Part shown: in pieces, positions 24,218 to 38,941 of the stretch
Position numbering within the stretch: the first letter of the stretch is position 1
Layout: every line of letters begins with the position of its first letter
From: Octopus vulgaris
Lineage: Eukaryota
DNA length: 64,000 nt
Assembly (NCBI GenBank): GCA_951406725.2
Contig: OX597820.1
Location: 115,630,001 to 115,694,000, forward strand
Reading direction: 5' to 3'
Translations under genes and position numbers: made by a program
Notes under the pieces: model-generated
The model's database searches: none
Seen by the model: the letters and a program-made list of their open reading frames with translations, nothing else
Told to the model about the DNA's origin: nothing

Positions 24218-26738
24218 TTAAACTCGTATCCACGAATACATCTCTATGCACAAGCTTTGCTGTGTGGCTAAACTCTTCACTTTGCAACCACATGATTTTG
24301 TGCATAGTGTCACTGAGCAGCATCTTGGGCTAGTGTCTTCTGCCATAGCCTCAGGCTGACCAATACTTTGTGAGTTTGGTTGGCAGAAACTGAAAAGCCT
24401 GACGTCTGTCTGTTTCTGTCTCCTTGTCATGACAGCAAACTAACATCACCATCACATGAGTTGCTTATTATAAGCTCCTGTGAAAACATCTGAACTAAGG
24501 GGAAATATTACCTGGCTTGGAAAGAGGCAACAGTTGGCCACAAGAAAGAGCATCTAACTGTAGAAAAACTGATTCACCGAATCCTGTCTAATTCATGCAA
24601 TTATCTAAAGGTAGACATTAAAGCAATGAGGATGGCAGTGATGGAGGTAGTGGCTGCAGTCTTGGTGTCAGAAAATACTTGAACATGGAATGCCTATAAA
24701 GACATCCTATCTAGGAGAGTAGTAATAACACTGAAAGAAGCTGTAACAGGGGAGAAAGATGTCTTTAGTTCAGTTACAGATTATATCTCTTCTGTTGCTG
24801 ATATGATAAAAATTTAACTAAATCAAAAATTTAGACATCTTTTAATTGTGCTTCAAATTTGAATGGCTGAGCAATATGAAGGGCATCCAGATTTTAGAAC
24901 AGTTGAGCCAATAAACCTCACTCCGATACAAGCATGAAAAGAAATGGAGGTAAACCACAGAACTTGGAACTGTGGCATCCCTGTAAATTTTATACCTTTT
25001 AAATCATTATCATCATCATCATCATCATTTAACATCCATTTTCCCTGCTGGCATGGGTTGGACAGGAGCTGCACCCAGTTGCATAATTGTTTTGGCATAG
25101 TTTCTACAGCTGGATACCCTTCCTAAACCCTTTTAACATTCTTTTCAGACAACTATCAACTTATTCAGTTTTTAAAAGTTACAATATTTGGGAAATTCTC
25201 TTGTATTTATTTTATTTTATTACCCCCCCCCCCCTTACCATTCAGAGATTGTGTAGAAACACTGTCTGTCTTAGAGATTTCTGAAAAGCTGTGCTGCATA
25301 AATACTGTCATTGAAATGGAAAATGTTTTGTTAAATGCCATGTTGTCTTTTTTTATTTTGTTCATTAGGCCCAGCATACTCTGGAAGCTGTAACTAAAGG
25401 ATCTTTTGAAATGAATATCGTTAGTAAACTGAGCAATTTTATTCTGCAATGCTCTAATCTTGGTTTCGGTTACTTATAGCCTTAGAATATCTTTCTGCAC
25501 CAAGACATAGCTATCAAAGTTCGTTTCCATTAGAGTGGTTTATAACATATTATCCTAACAATATTCATTTCTTTTCTAACTTGCTAATATCTTTTCCTCC
25601 TTTTCAATTCTGGTTCTTTAAACCACTCTAAGGGTAAACAGCTGCTTGGTGCTGTCTTGTTATTTTTTTTTTTTTTTTTTACCTGTTCTAGCTTAGAAAT
25701 AAAGCAAATCAGAAAAAAAAAAAAGCTTTTTTAATTTCCTCTGGTCTGAAGCTATCAAAACAAGAATGTCCTTCTGATCACTTCATATATTTCTGTCCCC
25801 TTTTCATTGAAATAGATATTTTGCTATTATTACAAGTTTTCTATTTTCCCCTCCTAATCTGACACCTTTACATTCCCCATCTATTAGAAATAGTCAACGA
25901 CATTCTTGTTTTGATTTCATATTCTCAATAATAGCTTCTTATAAATTGCTTTCCTAATAACTACCTATTCCTATGTTTTCTGTAAGATAGTTATCTGAAA
26001 CTAATCTTAATCTCCTTAAAATCTAAAAATCTGGCTCTTAATTTTCACTAATAACTACAAGCAAACTTCTTCACTACTTCCAATTATTAACTATGACCAG
26101 TTAAAGCTCTGACTAATCTCATTCTCTTACATACAGTTGGTTCTAAATACTTCTTTGGTTTTCATTCTGTATATAATCAAACCATTCACAAATGTAAGAG
26201 CATGTTAACAGATTGTGCATGTGTCTCTCTCATCCAGCTGTCTTTGTTACTCTTTCAAACTAAAAAGGGTGGAAACATGTACAACATAGTTTGATTTCTT
26301 TAACATTCCAATTTGATTACATTTTTGTAGATTATAATATTGTACTCTTAGGCTAATTAAATAAAATATTTGATAGTTTGTCATAAACCAGAGAATAACA
26401 CGTTTCCATAAATAAAGGCGTTGTGGTATTTTTGTTACCCAAATTGTTATAATAGAGCATTGTTAATTTATAGAATTGGTTTCCTTTGTCAGCTTGACTT
26501 GCTATTAATATTTTCAAACATACTTTACCATTTTAGCATAATAAACATGTGCTGCAATCATTTACTACAGTAACAGGAATAATTATCTCCGGAATGTTCT
26601 TTTTTCTTTTTTTTTGTTACTGCAGTATTAATGTTAATTGGAGTTTTTTTTTATGTTGTTTTTAATATAGATCTCAGTGAAGACTTTTTATTATTTTTTA
26701 TTTTAAACATATTTTGTGGGTTTTTTTTCTTTTTTAAG

Positions 26739-26836
26739 GTAGAGCAATTAATAGCCTTACCTGAAGCTGTATTAAAAGGTTTACTACAGAAATTTTTTGA
26801 TGATGAAGAAAAAGATGTAGAGAAAATCAAGGATAA
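26739..26836 (+). CDS. RASSF2/4: RASSF exon, SARAH domain
   Basis: ttttaag|GTA...AA|gtaagt, 98 nt, phase 0-2. VEQLIALPEAVLKGLLQKFFDDEEKDVEKIKDK is SARAH-like. Confidence 0.92.
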
Positions 26837-28725
26837 GTAAGTATTTGATTACTTGTTAATTAAGTTAAAACAGGTTTAAACGATAAAGGATTTATGTTCA
26901 AATGTGCCAGCTCTGACCTTTCACACCTACCTTACAATGTCATTCTAAAAATAATTACCATCATCAAAATCCCAAAGCTATAAAACGATTCATAATTAAT
27001 TCAAAACAATGTGAATAAATAAGCATTACATTTGACGAAGTAATCTGAATGTTAGAATTAAGTTAATGATTGTGGCAATTAATGATTTACAGAAAGTCAA
27101 TTAATTACTCTGCATTTATATGCAATTGGTTTTGCTGGCATGAAAGGCAAAAAAACCTTTGTCCAAACATAGTTGAATTTTTTTTTTTTTTTTTCCCCTG
27201 TAAAAATAAAAATTTATACTTTGCTGAAATAACTTTTTAAAGTTGGGAACCCTTTTCATTAAAAAAACTCTTTGTTATAAATGGAAAAACAATCCATCAG
27301 TGAGAGGAAGCTGAAAGCAAGGAAAATTATGTGGCAGTTTTCTTTTGAATAAAATATTATAAACTAGTTTTGGTGACTGCCTAGTTAACAAGGTGATAAA
27401 GAAAACTATATTTTGAGGGTTCCAAGTTCAAATTCTCTTGGAACTTAGCAATCTCCTGCATCATCAGTTCATGTATGAGTTGTGACTATAATAAAAATCT
27501 AATTATTGTCTCAATTCATTCAACAAAAAAGGAGGACACCCTTTACAAGAAATCATTAAGGAATTACTCTTAAAAGGGTTTTGTTAGGATTGTGGCATAA
27601 ATGAGTCTTAAAATGTGCAACAACACTAAACAGTATTTTGTGTTTGAAAATTTCTTGTTAAAAATTTCAAGTTTATATTTCTCCATACCCAAACATCATC
27701 TCACAGGATACTGGAAATAATTGACACTTGTTCACTATTGTTAGCATTGTATAAAATGGTGCCGAGCTGGCAGGATCGTTAGCATGCCAGGCGAAATGCT
27801 TAGCAGTATTTTGTCTGTTGTTACATTCTGAGTTCAAATTCTGCTGGTGTCGACTTTGCTTTTCTTCCTTTCGGGGTCGATTAAATAAGTACCAGTTATG
27901 CACTGAGGTCGATGTAATCAACTTAATCCCTTCCCCCAAATTTGAGGCCTTGTCCTTTCCAGTAGAAAGGATTATCATGTAATGTCAAGACAAGGAGACA
28001 CAAACTTACACACTGGATTCTAAGCATTCTAAGAAATGTAGTTCCAAGATACATCTCATGGTTGCTCTCAGATGCATCATCTGTGATGTTTCTGAAGGTT
28101 TTTGGGGGTTTTGTGTTGTTCAATATCAGATTTATTTACCTAGCTGATTATGTCCCAGGTTGCACCCCAATAGCAAGAAACCAGTGGTCTACCCTCTTTA
28201 TCTAAAGCCATTTTAACCACCTTTTCTGCAATTTCAGAGATAGAATTCCTCCACCCTACCATCTTGTTGCTGCACCAAATAAGTCCAATCCTAGTCAGAA
28301 CTTTGCAGAATGAACATCCTTCAAAACCCCAGCAATCTGTTTCAGTTGCCTTGCATCGTTCTTGCCAGCTCTGGTTTCTGCACCAAGAAAATAATAATTT
28401 CTACTAAACTGACAGGACAGCACTTTATATATACCCTTGTTCCAAAATATATTCAGTGTGTAGTGTTTGATTAGCTCTCCTCATATATTTTCAAGATGAT
28501 TTGGATGTCACTAGGAAAATAGTCCTATCTCAATCTTTGCTAGTTGCCTAAGTAGTGAGACAGCAAATAAGGGAGAGAGAAAGAAGAGATGTTGTTTGCT
28601 GTTGTTATGTTTAGGTTTTTCAACAAGAAAAATCTATTGAGCTCTTCTGAAAACAACTGATGCTAAGATTATCATACAATGTCTGTTTCAATTGCTGTAA
28701 TTTACGTTTCTTTTATTTCTTCCAG

Positions 28726-28792
28726 GTACATAAAGGCACGGACTGTGATAAAAAATTATCTAGCTGATATCAAACCCGTTTCTGAACTATAA
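28726..28792 (+). CDS. RASSF2/4: RASSF last coding exon
   Basis: ttccag|G TAC ATA AAG...CTA TAA. YIKARTVIKNYLADIKPVSEL* completes the SARAH helix and is phase-compatible with the previous exon. Confidence 0.88.
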
Positions 28793-31700
28793 TACCTCTT
28801 TATTTTGTCTTCCTGTGGCTGTTACAAAGAAATGCCCACTGCATCTATCTTTTGGTCATTTCTCACCACATGTACCATACATCCATTGCTGACTCAGGCA
28901 AAGCAATGTCTTGTTGAAGACATTGCCTAAACATTGATAAATTGGTTGTGAAATCTATATTAAAAAGATGCAGCAGCTGCAACTAATTGCAATCTCCTGT
29001 CAAAGACAACAAATGACTGTGATCAAGGTAAAAATATTCACAAGGTATTAATAATCCATTAAGATCAAAGCCTCTTAAATCTCTGCCTTATTACATAAAA
29101 ATCAAAACTTCAATTAGGAGCAGTAAATAAGGTAGACTCATTGAAGGTAAACTGCTGAGATGTTTGTCTATAAAAACATTTATGTTAAAGTACTCATTAG
29201 AGCATATCATTGACTTAATTAATTGCTCACTGAAATGAAATTTGTCTTGATTAGCTGAAAATTTTCAATTACATTTTCATTTCATTATAAAGCACATCAT
29301 CTCAATATTCCACACACAAGTGACATAGATATCCAATATCTATCATAATATTGTTCAATATTTAAAAAAAAAATTTTTCTTTTTCTCTTGCACAATCATA
29401 ACAAACAGACTGGGCCAGGTTTCTTCCCATCATTAACATCTCACACAGCCTTTTCTCATTTTTTAAAGAGAAAGTGTTCCTTATGCAAATAGTTACCCAC
29501 CCTCCATCAAATGCCAATAAAATTCAGTATTGCAAACAGATTAATAACATAACAACACAATGCCTCTGTCTCTTGTTCATAATACTAGCACTTATTTCTT
29601 GAAAAACCACCCTATCCCCCTCCTTCTGAACAGTGTTTCTTTTGAACTACACCTAAGCTCAAATCCTCACATCACATCATATTTCTGAAGTCAACAATTT
29701 TTTTTCTCCACTAACCATAATGTTTTTTTTGTTGTTGTTTTTTTTTAAATAACTCTAACATATTTGAACTGCTAATAGTGAAATTGGTCTTATTCTACAT
29801 TGGACTGTGTCGACTATCTGAGCCCAAACACTCTAGGAATATAACTCATTTTAATGGATTACAATGAAATTCAAGAGGTTTACCTTGTTCTCTGAGGCAA
29901 AGGATTCAAAGGGACTGCAACCCCCACACCCCCAAAAAACTGATCTTTTCTTTTTTTTTTTCATCTGGCTGGGAGAAATATTTTGTTGAACTAATCTATC
30001 AGCCGACCATCTTTGAAAAACAACTTTTTAAATGACAATATCAAATCCCTCCCTAAAATAAATGTAGAAATCCAGTCTTGAGTTGTTTTTCTTATACATC
30101 TATTTTAGTTTTAGTGCTGTATCTGAGCACTTCCCTCATCATCCTTGTTTATTCATTTCTCTATGCTTGCATGGGTTCAATGCAGATTACTGGGGCTGAT
30201 TTTCTACAGCAAGATACCTTTCCAGGAAAGGTAGTATTTCTCCAAACCCAAACGTCATCTCACAGGATACTGGAAATAATTGACACTTGTTCACTATTGT
30301 TAGCATTGTGTAAAATGGTGGTGAGCTGGGAGGATCGTTAGCACACCGGGCGAGATGCTTAGCGGTATTTTGTCTGTTGCTACATTATGCTGGCATCAAC
30401 TTTGCTCTTCTTCCTTTCAGGGTCGATTAAATAAGTACCAGTTATGCACTGAGGTCGATGTAATCAACGTAATCTCTTCTCCCAAATTTGAACTCTTGTC
30501 CTTTCCAGTAGAAAGGATTATCATGTAATGTCAAGACAAGGAGACACAAACTTACACACTGGATTTTTTTTACTTTCCTTTTACCAGTTCCCCTTGCAAG
30601 GCTATGATAGAAGGCACCTGCTCAAGGTGCCACACAATGAGAGTGAACCCAGAACCATGTGGTTGAGAAACAAGCTTCTTACCACACAGCCATGCCTGCA
30701 CATTTTTTTTTAGGTTTGTTCTGCCCAGTCAGAGAATAAACAATGGTTTCACACCTATATAGTGCTTAATTCCAGAAAACTATACAGGCTAAGCTTTGGG
30801 TGAGACGGGGTTATCCCCCCTTGGACTGGTATCTATCTAAGATATCCGAGCCTGGGAGCATTTCTCTAGTTGGAAATTACAGTGTTTTTAATGTAGTCTT
30901 TTCGTCCACTCCAGATAGATTTAGCAAGAAATTCGATAGAATTAGAAAATAACTCAGCTAAAACAGTCAAAGAAAGGGAAATATTTTATTGAACTGAAAA
31001 CGGATACAAAATGACGTTTGTTCATCAGAAAACAGCCTGAATTTCTAATACTAGCAGTAATCACTTGAAAGACCTTGTATGAGCATATCAAAGAGGGAAG
31101 CGGTTGTCCTGGTTCTCAAATTCCTTAATTGTACAATTTGAAAAATTACAAGTTCTTTATTTTTTTTTTTTTGATAAAACTTTGTAAAAAAACATTTCAT
31201 TCATTTCCTGATCTAAAGCAAAATGAAGGGAAAAAAAATTTGTTTTTAATGATATATCCCAGTTTATCACTGATCTGGGATAACACAGAATGCTGAATTG
31301 TGAACCATGTTACTTTTATGAATTGATCTGTGAAAACAGGGGGTCAGTGATCAAAGATTCTGCTTTGACCACAAAAGCACACCCCCAGTAACCACTCACA
31401 ATGCTCAAGATGACTTGATCTCTTGCAACAAAACCTATTTCCTGTCCTCATATCTTCTCTTTTATTTTAACAGTGGGTTTTAAAACCAGCCAATTGTAAT
31501 AAGTAAGGATTGATGTATGTACGAAATATCTGAATCATCAGTTTATCAAATCTGTGCTCCTGGTATATAACATTTAACATCCGCTTTCCATGCTGACATG
31601 GCTTGGACGGTTTGACAGGAGCCATACCAAGCTTTGTCTGTTTTGGCATGTTTTCTATGGCCGGATGCCCTTCCTAATACCAACCACTTTACAGAGTGTA

Positions 31701-32734
31701 CTGGGTGCATTCTTTTGCATGGCACCAGCACAAAGAGGGTCCCTGAACTGGGGGTGCGAGTTGGTAAGAAATCAGAGGGACATGAAAAAGGGTTTTGTTG
31801 TAGAGTACATGAATACTCCAGTTGAAAAAAGGTGAGTGAGAGAGTAAGATAAAGAGAGCAGATGTGTGAAAGAGTAATAAGAGGAGAGCAATAGTGAGAG
31901 AGAGGGGGGTGTAGCTCTTTAAACTGTAAAAAGCCAATGGGATCCAAATTTAACTTGACCAGTTTCTTGTTTTCAACTGATTGAACCACAAATTTATAGA
32001 TAAATATTTCAAGAGAAGGGTAGACATTTTGGCATCAGATGTTTTAGTGTTTCTCTTATTCTCTCTCTGAAAATCTGCTTATGTAGGTGTAATGTCTCAC
32101 GTTACCTGTATATTCCTGCGAGTGAGTATGTTTGCCTTCCAGCACCAAAGCAGGTTGAATGCCAAACTGTCAATGCCTAAACAGCGATGCCCTATTGTCT
32201 CACTCCACAAAGTGAACGTAAGTCTTGGAAAGATTCACCTTCCAATAATGCTGTTGTATAGACACAAGACCAGTGAAGAGAGTAAAGTCAATTGTATTGA
32301 TAGTATTTGAGTTGGCACTTAGGGAAAAGAGAAACACTGGTAAGGGGTCTGAACCCAGGATATAAGCTGTAACAAAGTGCCACAAACTATTCTTAGGGAT
32401 GCTCTACCAAGCCACAGCCCTTCATTAAAATGTTAACAGGAAATGATGAATGAGAAAATGTCATAAGCAGTAATCTGATATTGTTAAGGAATAATAAATG
32501 TTATAAAATTAGAAAAATCATGCAGTAACAACAAATTTCACAGCCGCTTTTTTTTTTTTTTTTTCCTTTTTTAATGAACATTTAACAGAAATAATTAAAA
32601 ATCTGACAAAGCCATAGATTTTGATCAAATAATGTAAAATATTACATAGCAATGAGTGGTCCCTTATAAAATGTCCAGTATAAAACTGTCGGGTAATTTT
32701 ATACATTGTGAATGAATAGTATTGTTGAAAAAGT

Positions 32735-32890
32735 ACCGTATCTGATGGCCTATAAGACGCACCTTTTTTTTTTTTTTCCTGCACTCAAATCTCGCGACTG
32801 TTGGCCGAAAGTGGTAATTTATTTTACAAAAGTATAGCCTAGGCTAGGGTGCGTCCTAAGTACTTGTGTGTCTTATATGCCATCAAATAC
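32735..32890. mobile_element. Short pogo-like MITE
   Basis: ta|ccgtatctgatggcctataagacgcacc ... gtgtcttatatgccatcaaatac. Confidence 0.55.
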
Positions 32891-34532
32891 AACAATTGCC
32901 ACACTTTTTATCCACAGAAGAAATACATTGCTGAACACTAAATCTTAATGTAAAGAAGAGCCAAGACGGCAAGGGAAATCGTAGTCGTGGCTGATGCTGG
33001 TGTCGCATAAAAAGCACTCTTCAAGCCTTGGGCCTTACGGAGGCAAAGTGGCTGAGCTTTCGAGGCAATGACCAAAACCTTTGGCATAAAAGTGTGCTTG
33101 AGAAGAAGAACCATCAAACCAAGTAAAATCGTGGCAGATAGCAGTGTCACACAAATGGCACCCATTACTCTCTCAGAGTGGTTGGCATTAGGAAGGGCAT
33201 CTAGCCATATAACCATGCCAAATCAGCCTGGAGCCTTCCAGCCCTGGTCAAACTGTCCAACCCATGCCAGCATGGACAATGGACATTAAATGATGGGGAC
33301 GATTATGTAAAGACATCGCATTTCATTACCAATGGAAATGTAATTCAAAGATGACTTCACCTTCAATATATGTGCACAAAAAAACGACAAAGTTTTAAAA
33401 ATATAAGCAATTAGATAATACCAGTTTCTTTCTTCCTCCAATTTAAAATAATCTTATAAACAAATTATGGATGATCATCATTTTAACATCCACTTTCTTC
33501 TGCTTGCATGGCTTCAACAGATGTTTATTGAGGCAGATTTTTCTGTGGTCAGATACTCTTCCTATTAAGTAGGTTACATTTGCCCCTTTGTCAGACTTGT
33601 ATTCACAGAGTATTTCAAATGCATGGCAGTGTCCCTTATTCACAACAATTACCCGTGTCAAGACAAAGATGGAGGGACAGACACACAAGCCACAGATACG
33701 TGACAGGCTTCTTTCAGTTTCTATCTACTCAATCCATTCAGAGGGCTTTCATCAGCCAAGGCGACTCACGGTGGGACTGAACTTAAAACCATGTGGTTGA
33801 GGAAGCACACGTCTTGACCACATTCCTGGGCCTATGAGCAATTCCTCAAATAATTCAATATTTTCTGATTTCATTATTTATAGACGATGTATTGAATCCT
33901 TCTCACAAAACTACATTGTTTCTTTGTAGGATACAGAATTACTGGAGACTGTTAATTCATTACTTCATGTCTTATTCTTTTTGGAAGATTTCTAAAAATT
34001 TTCAGAGCATAAAACAGTTTATGTTTCCATGTTTTACAATACATTTACTCAGTGGATAAAAAAAAAAAGGAAATAAAAACCATGACAGATTTGTCAGGTA
34101 AATGTCATTACTTTGTGATGAATTTACAGCAAACTCCAACAGCCCCACCTTCATGAGGTGAAGCAGTTTGCTAAAAACGAAGCTGCTTCCTTATGACTTA
34201 TCTCTCTCTCCCCATCATCTCAATTGTTTATCTCAATGATGAAGTGGACCTTCTCAAAAGTTAAACATTTTCAGTGGATTTCAAGCGCAGTTTATGAACT
34301 GATCCATCCACTCTGATATTTTGTTGTTACTTTTGATAATATTAAAATAAGCTACCTGAATCTTTAGATTCACGTAGCTTATTTTATATTATTATTATTA
34401 TTATATACCATGTCCGAAAGTGTTAAAAGCTGTGAAAGCATAAAAATAAAAAGCAGTAAACGAGACGGAACAGCAGCAAGAGACGGAACAACCAGTTTGT
34501 ATCTGGAGTTGATATTTTAGTAATTAGCAATT

Positions 34533-34948
34533 TTATAATTCTGTAAGTAGCCTTTTTAAATAGTTAATTAGACTGTCCAATCCAATTAAATAATTATTGT
34601 CCCTTTCACATGTTGCATACACATGACTGAAATCAATCATCTTCACTTTGACACAAGAATCTCTTTTGCCATATGAACTCTGCAGAAGATCTTCGATATT
34701 TGTCATTGCACGACAATCACCGTTGTTTTTGTTTACAATAGAATGATTTGATGGAGGTAATTGGGACACTGCTGCTAAATGCTGCTTACAAGGCCAAAGC
34801 CCTTCATAAATGCACAGTAAGGAAGAGGAATAAAATGCAAATTTTCGTTGATTTTCAAACCAGTTTTTGATGTCGATGAGCTCAAGTAAGATTGCAAAGA
34901 CTGCATCTTTGCGTAAACTTTCAGACAAATTAAAATATTCACCAATAC
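34533..34948 (-). CDS. IPMK: IPMK last coding exon
   Basis: gtccag|GT ATT GGT. LRKDAV, WFENQRKFAFYSSSLLCIYEG (SSLL motif), VKMIDFSHV (IDF motif), DNNYLIGLDSLINYL, then TAA. Confidence 0.96.
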
Positions 34949-35283
34949 CTGGACAGAGAAAAAAATAACAAAAATGTAGATTCCAATTTGGAAAAACTGC
35001 ACAATAATATTTTTTGTTAAATTTCTCAATATTTGGCAATAGAAAATTGAACTGATTTTCAATTAATATCCCTACTTGGGGAGATATCTTTTACTTGTGG
35101 CCATGCTGGGGCAATAGTAGAAAACATTTGTCCAAGATGCCACACACAATGGGACAGAATCTGTAGTTGGGAATTAAGTGATAAACAAGTAAAAGATGGC
35201 AAAATGTCTAGGATTCAAAACTTTCAGCAATTGTCTGCTTTAGAAAATATTTAGTTAAAGATAAAATACAATAATAAACAAAC

Positions 35284-35368
35284 CTTCTTCTAAAATTCGA
35301 AACTGGTCAAGTTGCAGAAGCTTCTTTCGACAGGGGAAATGAAAGGTATCAGTTGAAGGACGATACAC
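35284..35368 (-). CDS. IPMK: IPMK coding exon 4
   Basis: ttgcag|GTG...GAAG|gtttgt, 85 nt, phase 0-1, bridging exons 3 and 5. VYRPSTDTF aligns with human VYHVHSDSY. Confidence 0.82.
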
Positions 35369-35885
35369 CTGCAACACCATTTACAACAGAAATATTAAAT
35401 TCTACTACATTTATATTTCCATTTATATTCTATGGCTTTATGAGAATTTATATTATGAGAATTATATTATATGGCTTTATATTATGAGAATTTTAAAAGC
35501 ACCAACCGATTGTGGCCGATGGCAGACCCCACTGGCACCTGTGCAGGCGGCACGTAAAAAGCACCCACTACACTCGCGGAGTGGTTGGCGTTAGGAAGGG
35601 CATCCAGCTGTAGAAACACTGCTAGATCAGACTGGAGCCTGGTGCAGCCCCTGGCTTCCCAGACCCTGGTCGAACCATCCAACCGGTGCTAGCGCAGAAA
35701 GCGGACGTTAAACGATGATGATTCTAAGAATGTTGATGATGATGATGATTGTGATAGTTTAATTCCTTACTTCTATGTATGATGCCTCCTTAGATCTGAA
35801 ATGTTCATATTTAAATCAAAACATCATGATAGATTGCTAGCCACTAAACCCTTTTTATTTTCTCTCCCTGTTTCTTTCTGTGTTC

Positions 35886-35921
35886 CTTTCTGTCGAAGAG
35901 CATAGGCTCGAAACGTAAAAG
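35886..35921 (+). ncRNA. Hammerhead-like motif (U6 core) in a Penelope-type repeat end (about 35825-36000)
   Basis: CUUU-CUGUCGA-A-GAGC(auag)GCUC-GAAA-CGUA^AAAG. Confidence 0.55.
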
Positions 35922-37045
35922 ACTTTCTCACTTCCCAAGCGTTAAACTAATACATCTCTTTGTTGTTTACACACCTGTCTTCATCTTTTGTTAATTCTCA
36001 TAAAGCCATTTGTAAAGATTTGTTACAATTCCAGCTTATAATGAGAATGTTAGTTTTAAATCGCTACAAATTCTTGATTATTTTCAAAAATTCAAAATTA
36101 GCTCTTAAAGTCTTGCAGGGCTCACTTTACGTGAATCTCAATCCTCTTAGAAACAGGATATTTGGACAAATTGTAACCAGTCCAGTACAAAAATCCTACC
36201 ACATGAATTAGGATGAAATTTGATGATACAATTACAATTATTGTTGGAGTACATTGTGAATGTGGTTTTTACCCGTTGATTTATTTTTTATTTTTACATG
36301 TCACTTTTACCTGCCAAGGTAGGTTGAATACAGTTAAGTTGATTCCACACAGGTATTTTCACATGTTTTTTTTTATTTGTTTCAGTCATTTGACTGTGGT
36401 CATGCTGGAGCACCGCCTTTAGTCAAGCAAATCGACCGCAGGACTTATTCTTTGTAAGCTTAGTACTTATTCTATCGGTGTCTCTTGCCGAACTGCTAAG
36501 TTACGGGGACGTAAACACACCAGCATCGGTTGTCAAGTGATGTTGGGGGGACAAACACAGACACACAAACATATACATACACATATATACGACGGGATTC
36601 TTTCAGTTTCTGTCTACCAAATCCACTCACAAGGCTTTGGTCGGCCTGAGGCTATAGTAGAAGACACTTGCCCAAGGTGCCATGCAGTGGGACTGAACCA
36701 GGAACCATGTGATTGGTAAGCAAGTCACATACCACACAGCCACGCCTGTTCCTATATGTTTGCAAAATAGCAATTTCCTTGTCTCAACTAAATTTACATC
36801 CCAGTTATTCTCTGTAACTTGAAATCCCCACAATTCACACCAGAAAAAGAAATCTGAGATATGCTTTCATCTCTTCCTTTGTAAGGTTTTGTCAGGCCCA
36901 ACAAATATTATTTACCTTTATTACTAGAACTATGCCCTCCTCGTAAAGCCACCAATATGCAGAGACACTACACTTAAAATATGTCAGTAAATTAATGTCA
37001 TCACTGCCTTTCACTAACCAATGCAATATCAACGGCATGTTCACA

Positions 37046-37514
37046 CGGGCATATGGCGTAGTGGTTAAGAGCGCAGGCTACCAGCCTCAAGATTCCAAGT
37101 TTGATTCCAGGCAGTGACCTGAATGGTAATAATAATATCGAAAAATACCTTACGAATGAGAACCCAGGTTCGAAATTTCCCCAAGACACCTGATGAAGAC
37201 ACCTGGAGGGTATTTCAGCCGAAACATTAACAAACAAGATGAGGACAAATATCCGTCAAGCACCATACGATCGTGGCCGTCTGCCAGCCTCGTCTGGCAC
37301 GTAAAAAGCACCCACTACACTCACGGAGTGGTTGGCGTTAGGAAAGGCATCCAGCCGTAGAAACACTGCCAGATCAGATTGGAGCCTGGTGCAGCCTTCT
37401 GGCTTCCCAGACCCCAGTTGAACCGTCCAACCCATGCTAGCATGGAAAGCGGACGTTAAATGATGATGATATAAATAATGTACATAATTCCTCATCTCTT
37501 AAAAATAGGACTGT
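37046..37514 (+). mobile_element. Single copy of the same tRNA/hammerhead element with a nested RTE 3' end (37260-37470)
   Basis: gggcatatggcgtagtggttaagagcg...gagaacccaggttcgaaatttccccaagacacctgatgaag...cagccgaaac...gaggacaaatatccgtcaa, resuming after the RTE tail as aattcctcatctcttaaaaataggactgta. Confidence 0.8.
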
Positions 37515-38123
37515 ATGTTCACACTTGCTTAGCATCAATAAATCTCAATTTCATTTAAACAGCTGGTGTATGCAAATGATGCTGAAGTTCTACACTAATT
37601 GTTTTATCCACATCCAAAACTCTCTTTAATTAAACCAGGAAATTCACTGGTTGAGGTATTGACTATCATTATGCTCAAGAATTAAAGAGAGAAACAACTT
37701 CTAAAGAAAATCATTCAATAAAAACGCAACAAGTAACACTTTCAGAGACATCCAAGTAAAGTGAGACATTACACACATATCCAAACATAAGCAGATGCTC
37801 AGAGGAAGAGAGAGAGAGAGAGAGAGAGAATAAGAGAAACTAAAACATCTGAGGCCCAAAATCTCTCTACACTTCTCTTGAAATATTTACTTTCTAAAAT
37901 GAGACTAAACTTTGTTTTTGATGTAGAAGTGTTTAGTAATAGTTTTCAACTATAGGCGAAGGAGTGGCTGTGTGGTAAGTAGCTTGCTTACGAACCACAT
38001 GGTTCCGAGTTCAGTCCCATTGCATGGTACCTTGGGCAAGTGTCTTCTACTATAGCCTTGGGCCGACCAATGCCTTGTGAGTGGATTTGGTAGACGGAAA
38101 CTGAAAGAAGCCCGTCGTATATA

Positions 38124-38176
<53 letters not shown>

Positions 38177-38465
38177 GTATGTGTGTATATTTATGTGCCT
38201 GTGTTTGTTCCCCCACCATCGCTTGACAACTGATGCTGGTGTGTTTATGTCCCTGTAACATAACAATTCGGCAAAAGAGACCGATAGAATAAGTACTAGG
38301 CTTACAAAGAAGAAGTCCTGGGGTCGATTTGCTCGACTAAAAAAAGTGGTGCTCCAGCATGGCCATAGTCAAATGACTGAAACAAGTAAAAGAGAACAGC
38401 AAACAACATCACTATTTGGTGATGGGAGAGATATTTGTGGTGTGGATCCTTTAAGAATTAATAGA

Positions 38466-38848
38466 GTGGAAGCACTCCGTCGGTTACGACGACGAGGGTT
38501 CCGGTTGATCCGATCAACGGAACAGCCTGGTCACGAAATTAACGTGTAAGTGGCTGAGCACTCCACAGACACGTGTACCCTTAACGTAGTTCTCGGGGAT
38601 ATTCAGTGTGACACAGAGAGTGACAAGGCCGGCCCCTTGAAATACAGGTACAACAGAAACAGGAAGTAAGAGTGAGAGAAAGTTGTGGTGAAAGAGTACA
38701 GCAGGGATCACCACCATCCCTGCCGGAGCCTCGTGGAGCTTTAGGTGTTTTTGCTCAATAAACACTCACAACACCCGGTCTGGGAATCGAAACTGCGATC
38801 CTACGACCACGAGTCCGCTGCCCTAACCACTGGGCCATTGCGCCTCCA
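38466..38848 (-). mobile_element. tRNA-derived SINE family C; related plus-strand copy at about 39830-40135
   Basis: Head tggaggcgcaatggcccagtggttagggcagcggac...gtttcgattccc; flanked by an aagaattaa(t/c)aga target duplication. Confidence 0.85.
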
Positions 38849-38941
38849 AGAATTAACAGAAATACACAGAAGACCTGGCATTTCTAAAAGAAGCCTGGCT
38901 GGTTGCAAAGAGTTACTTAATTTCATAAAGAAGTTTCTTAC

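Noticed and set aside
38770-38848. tRNA gene (also 10068-10135 and 37046-37120)
   Set aside because: These are tRNA-like heads of dispersed SINEs, continuous with repeat bodies and lacking a convincing full cloverleaf.
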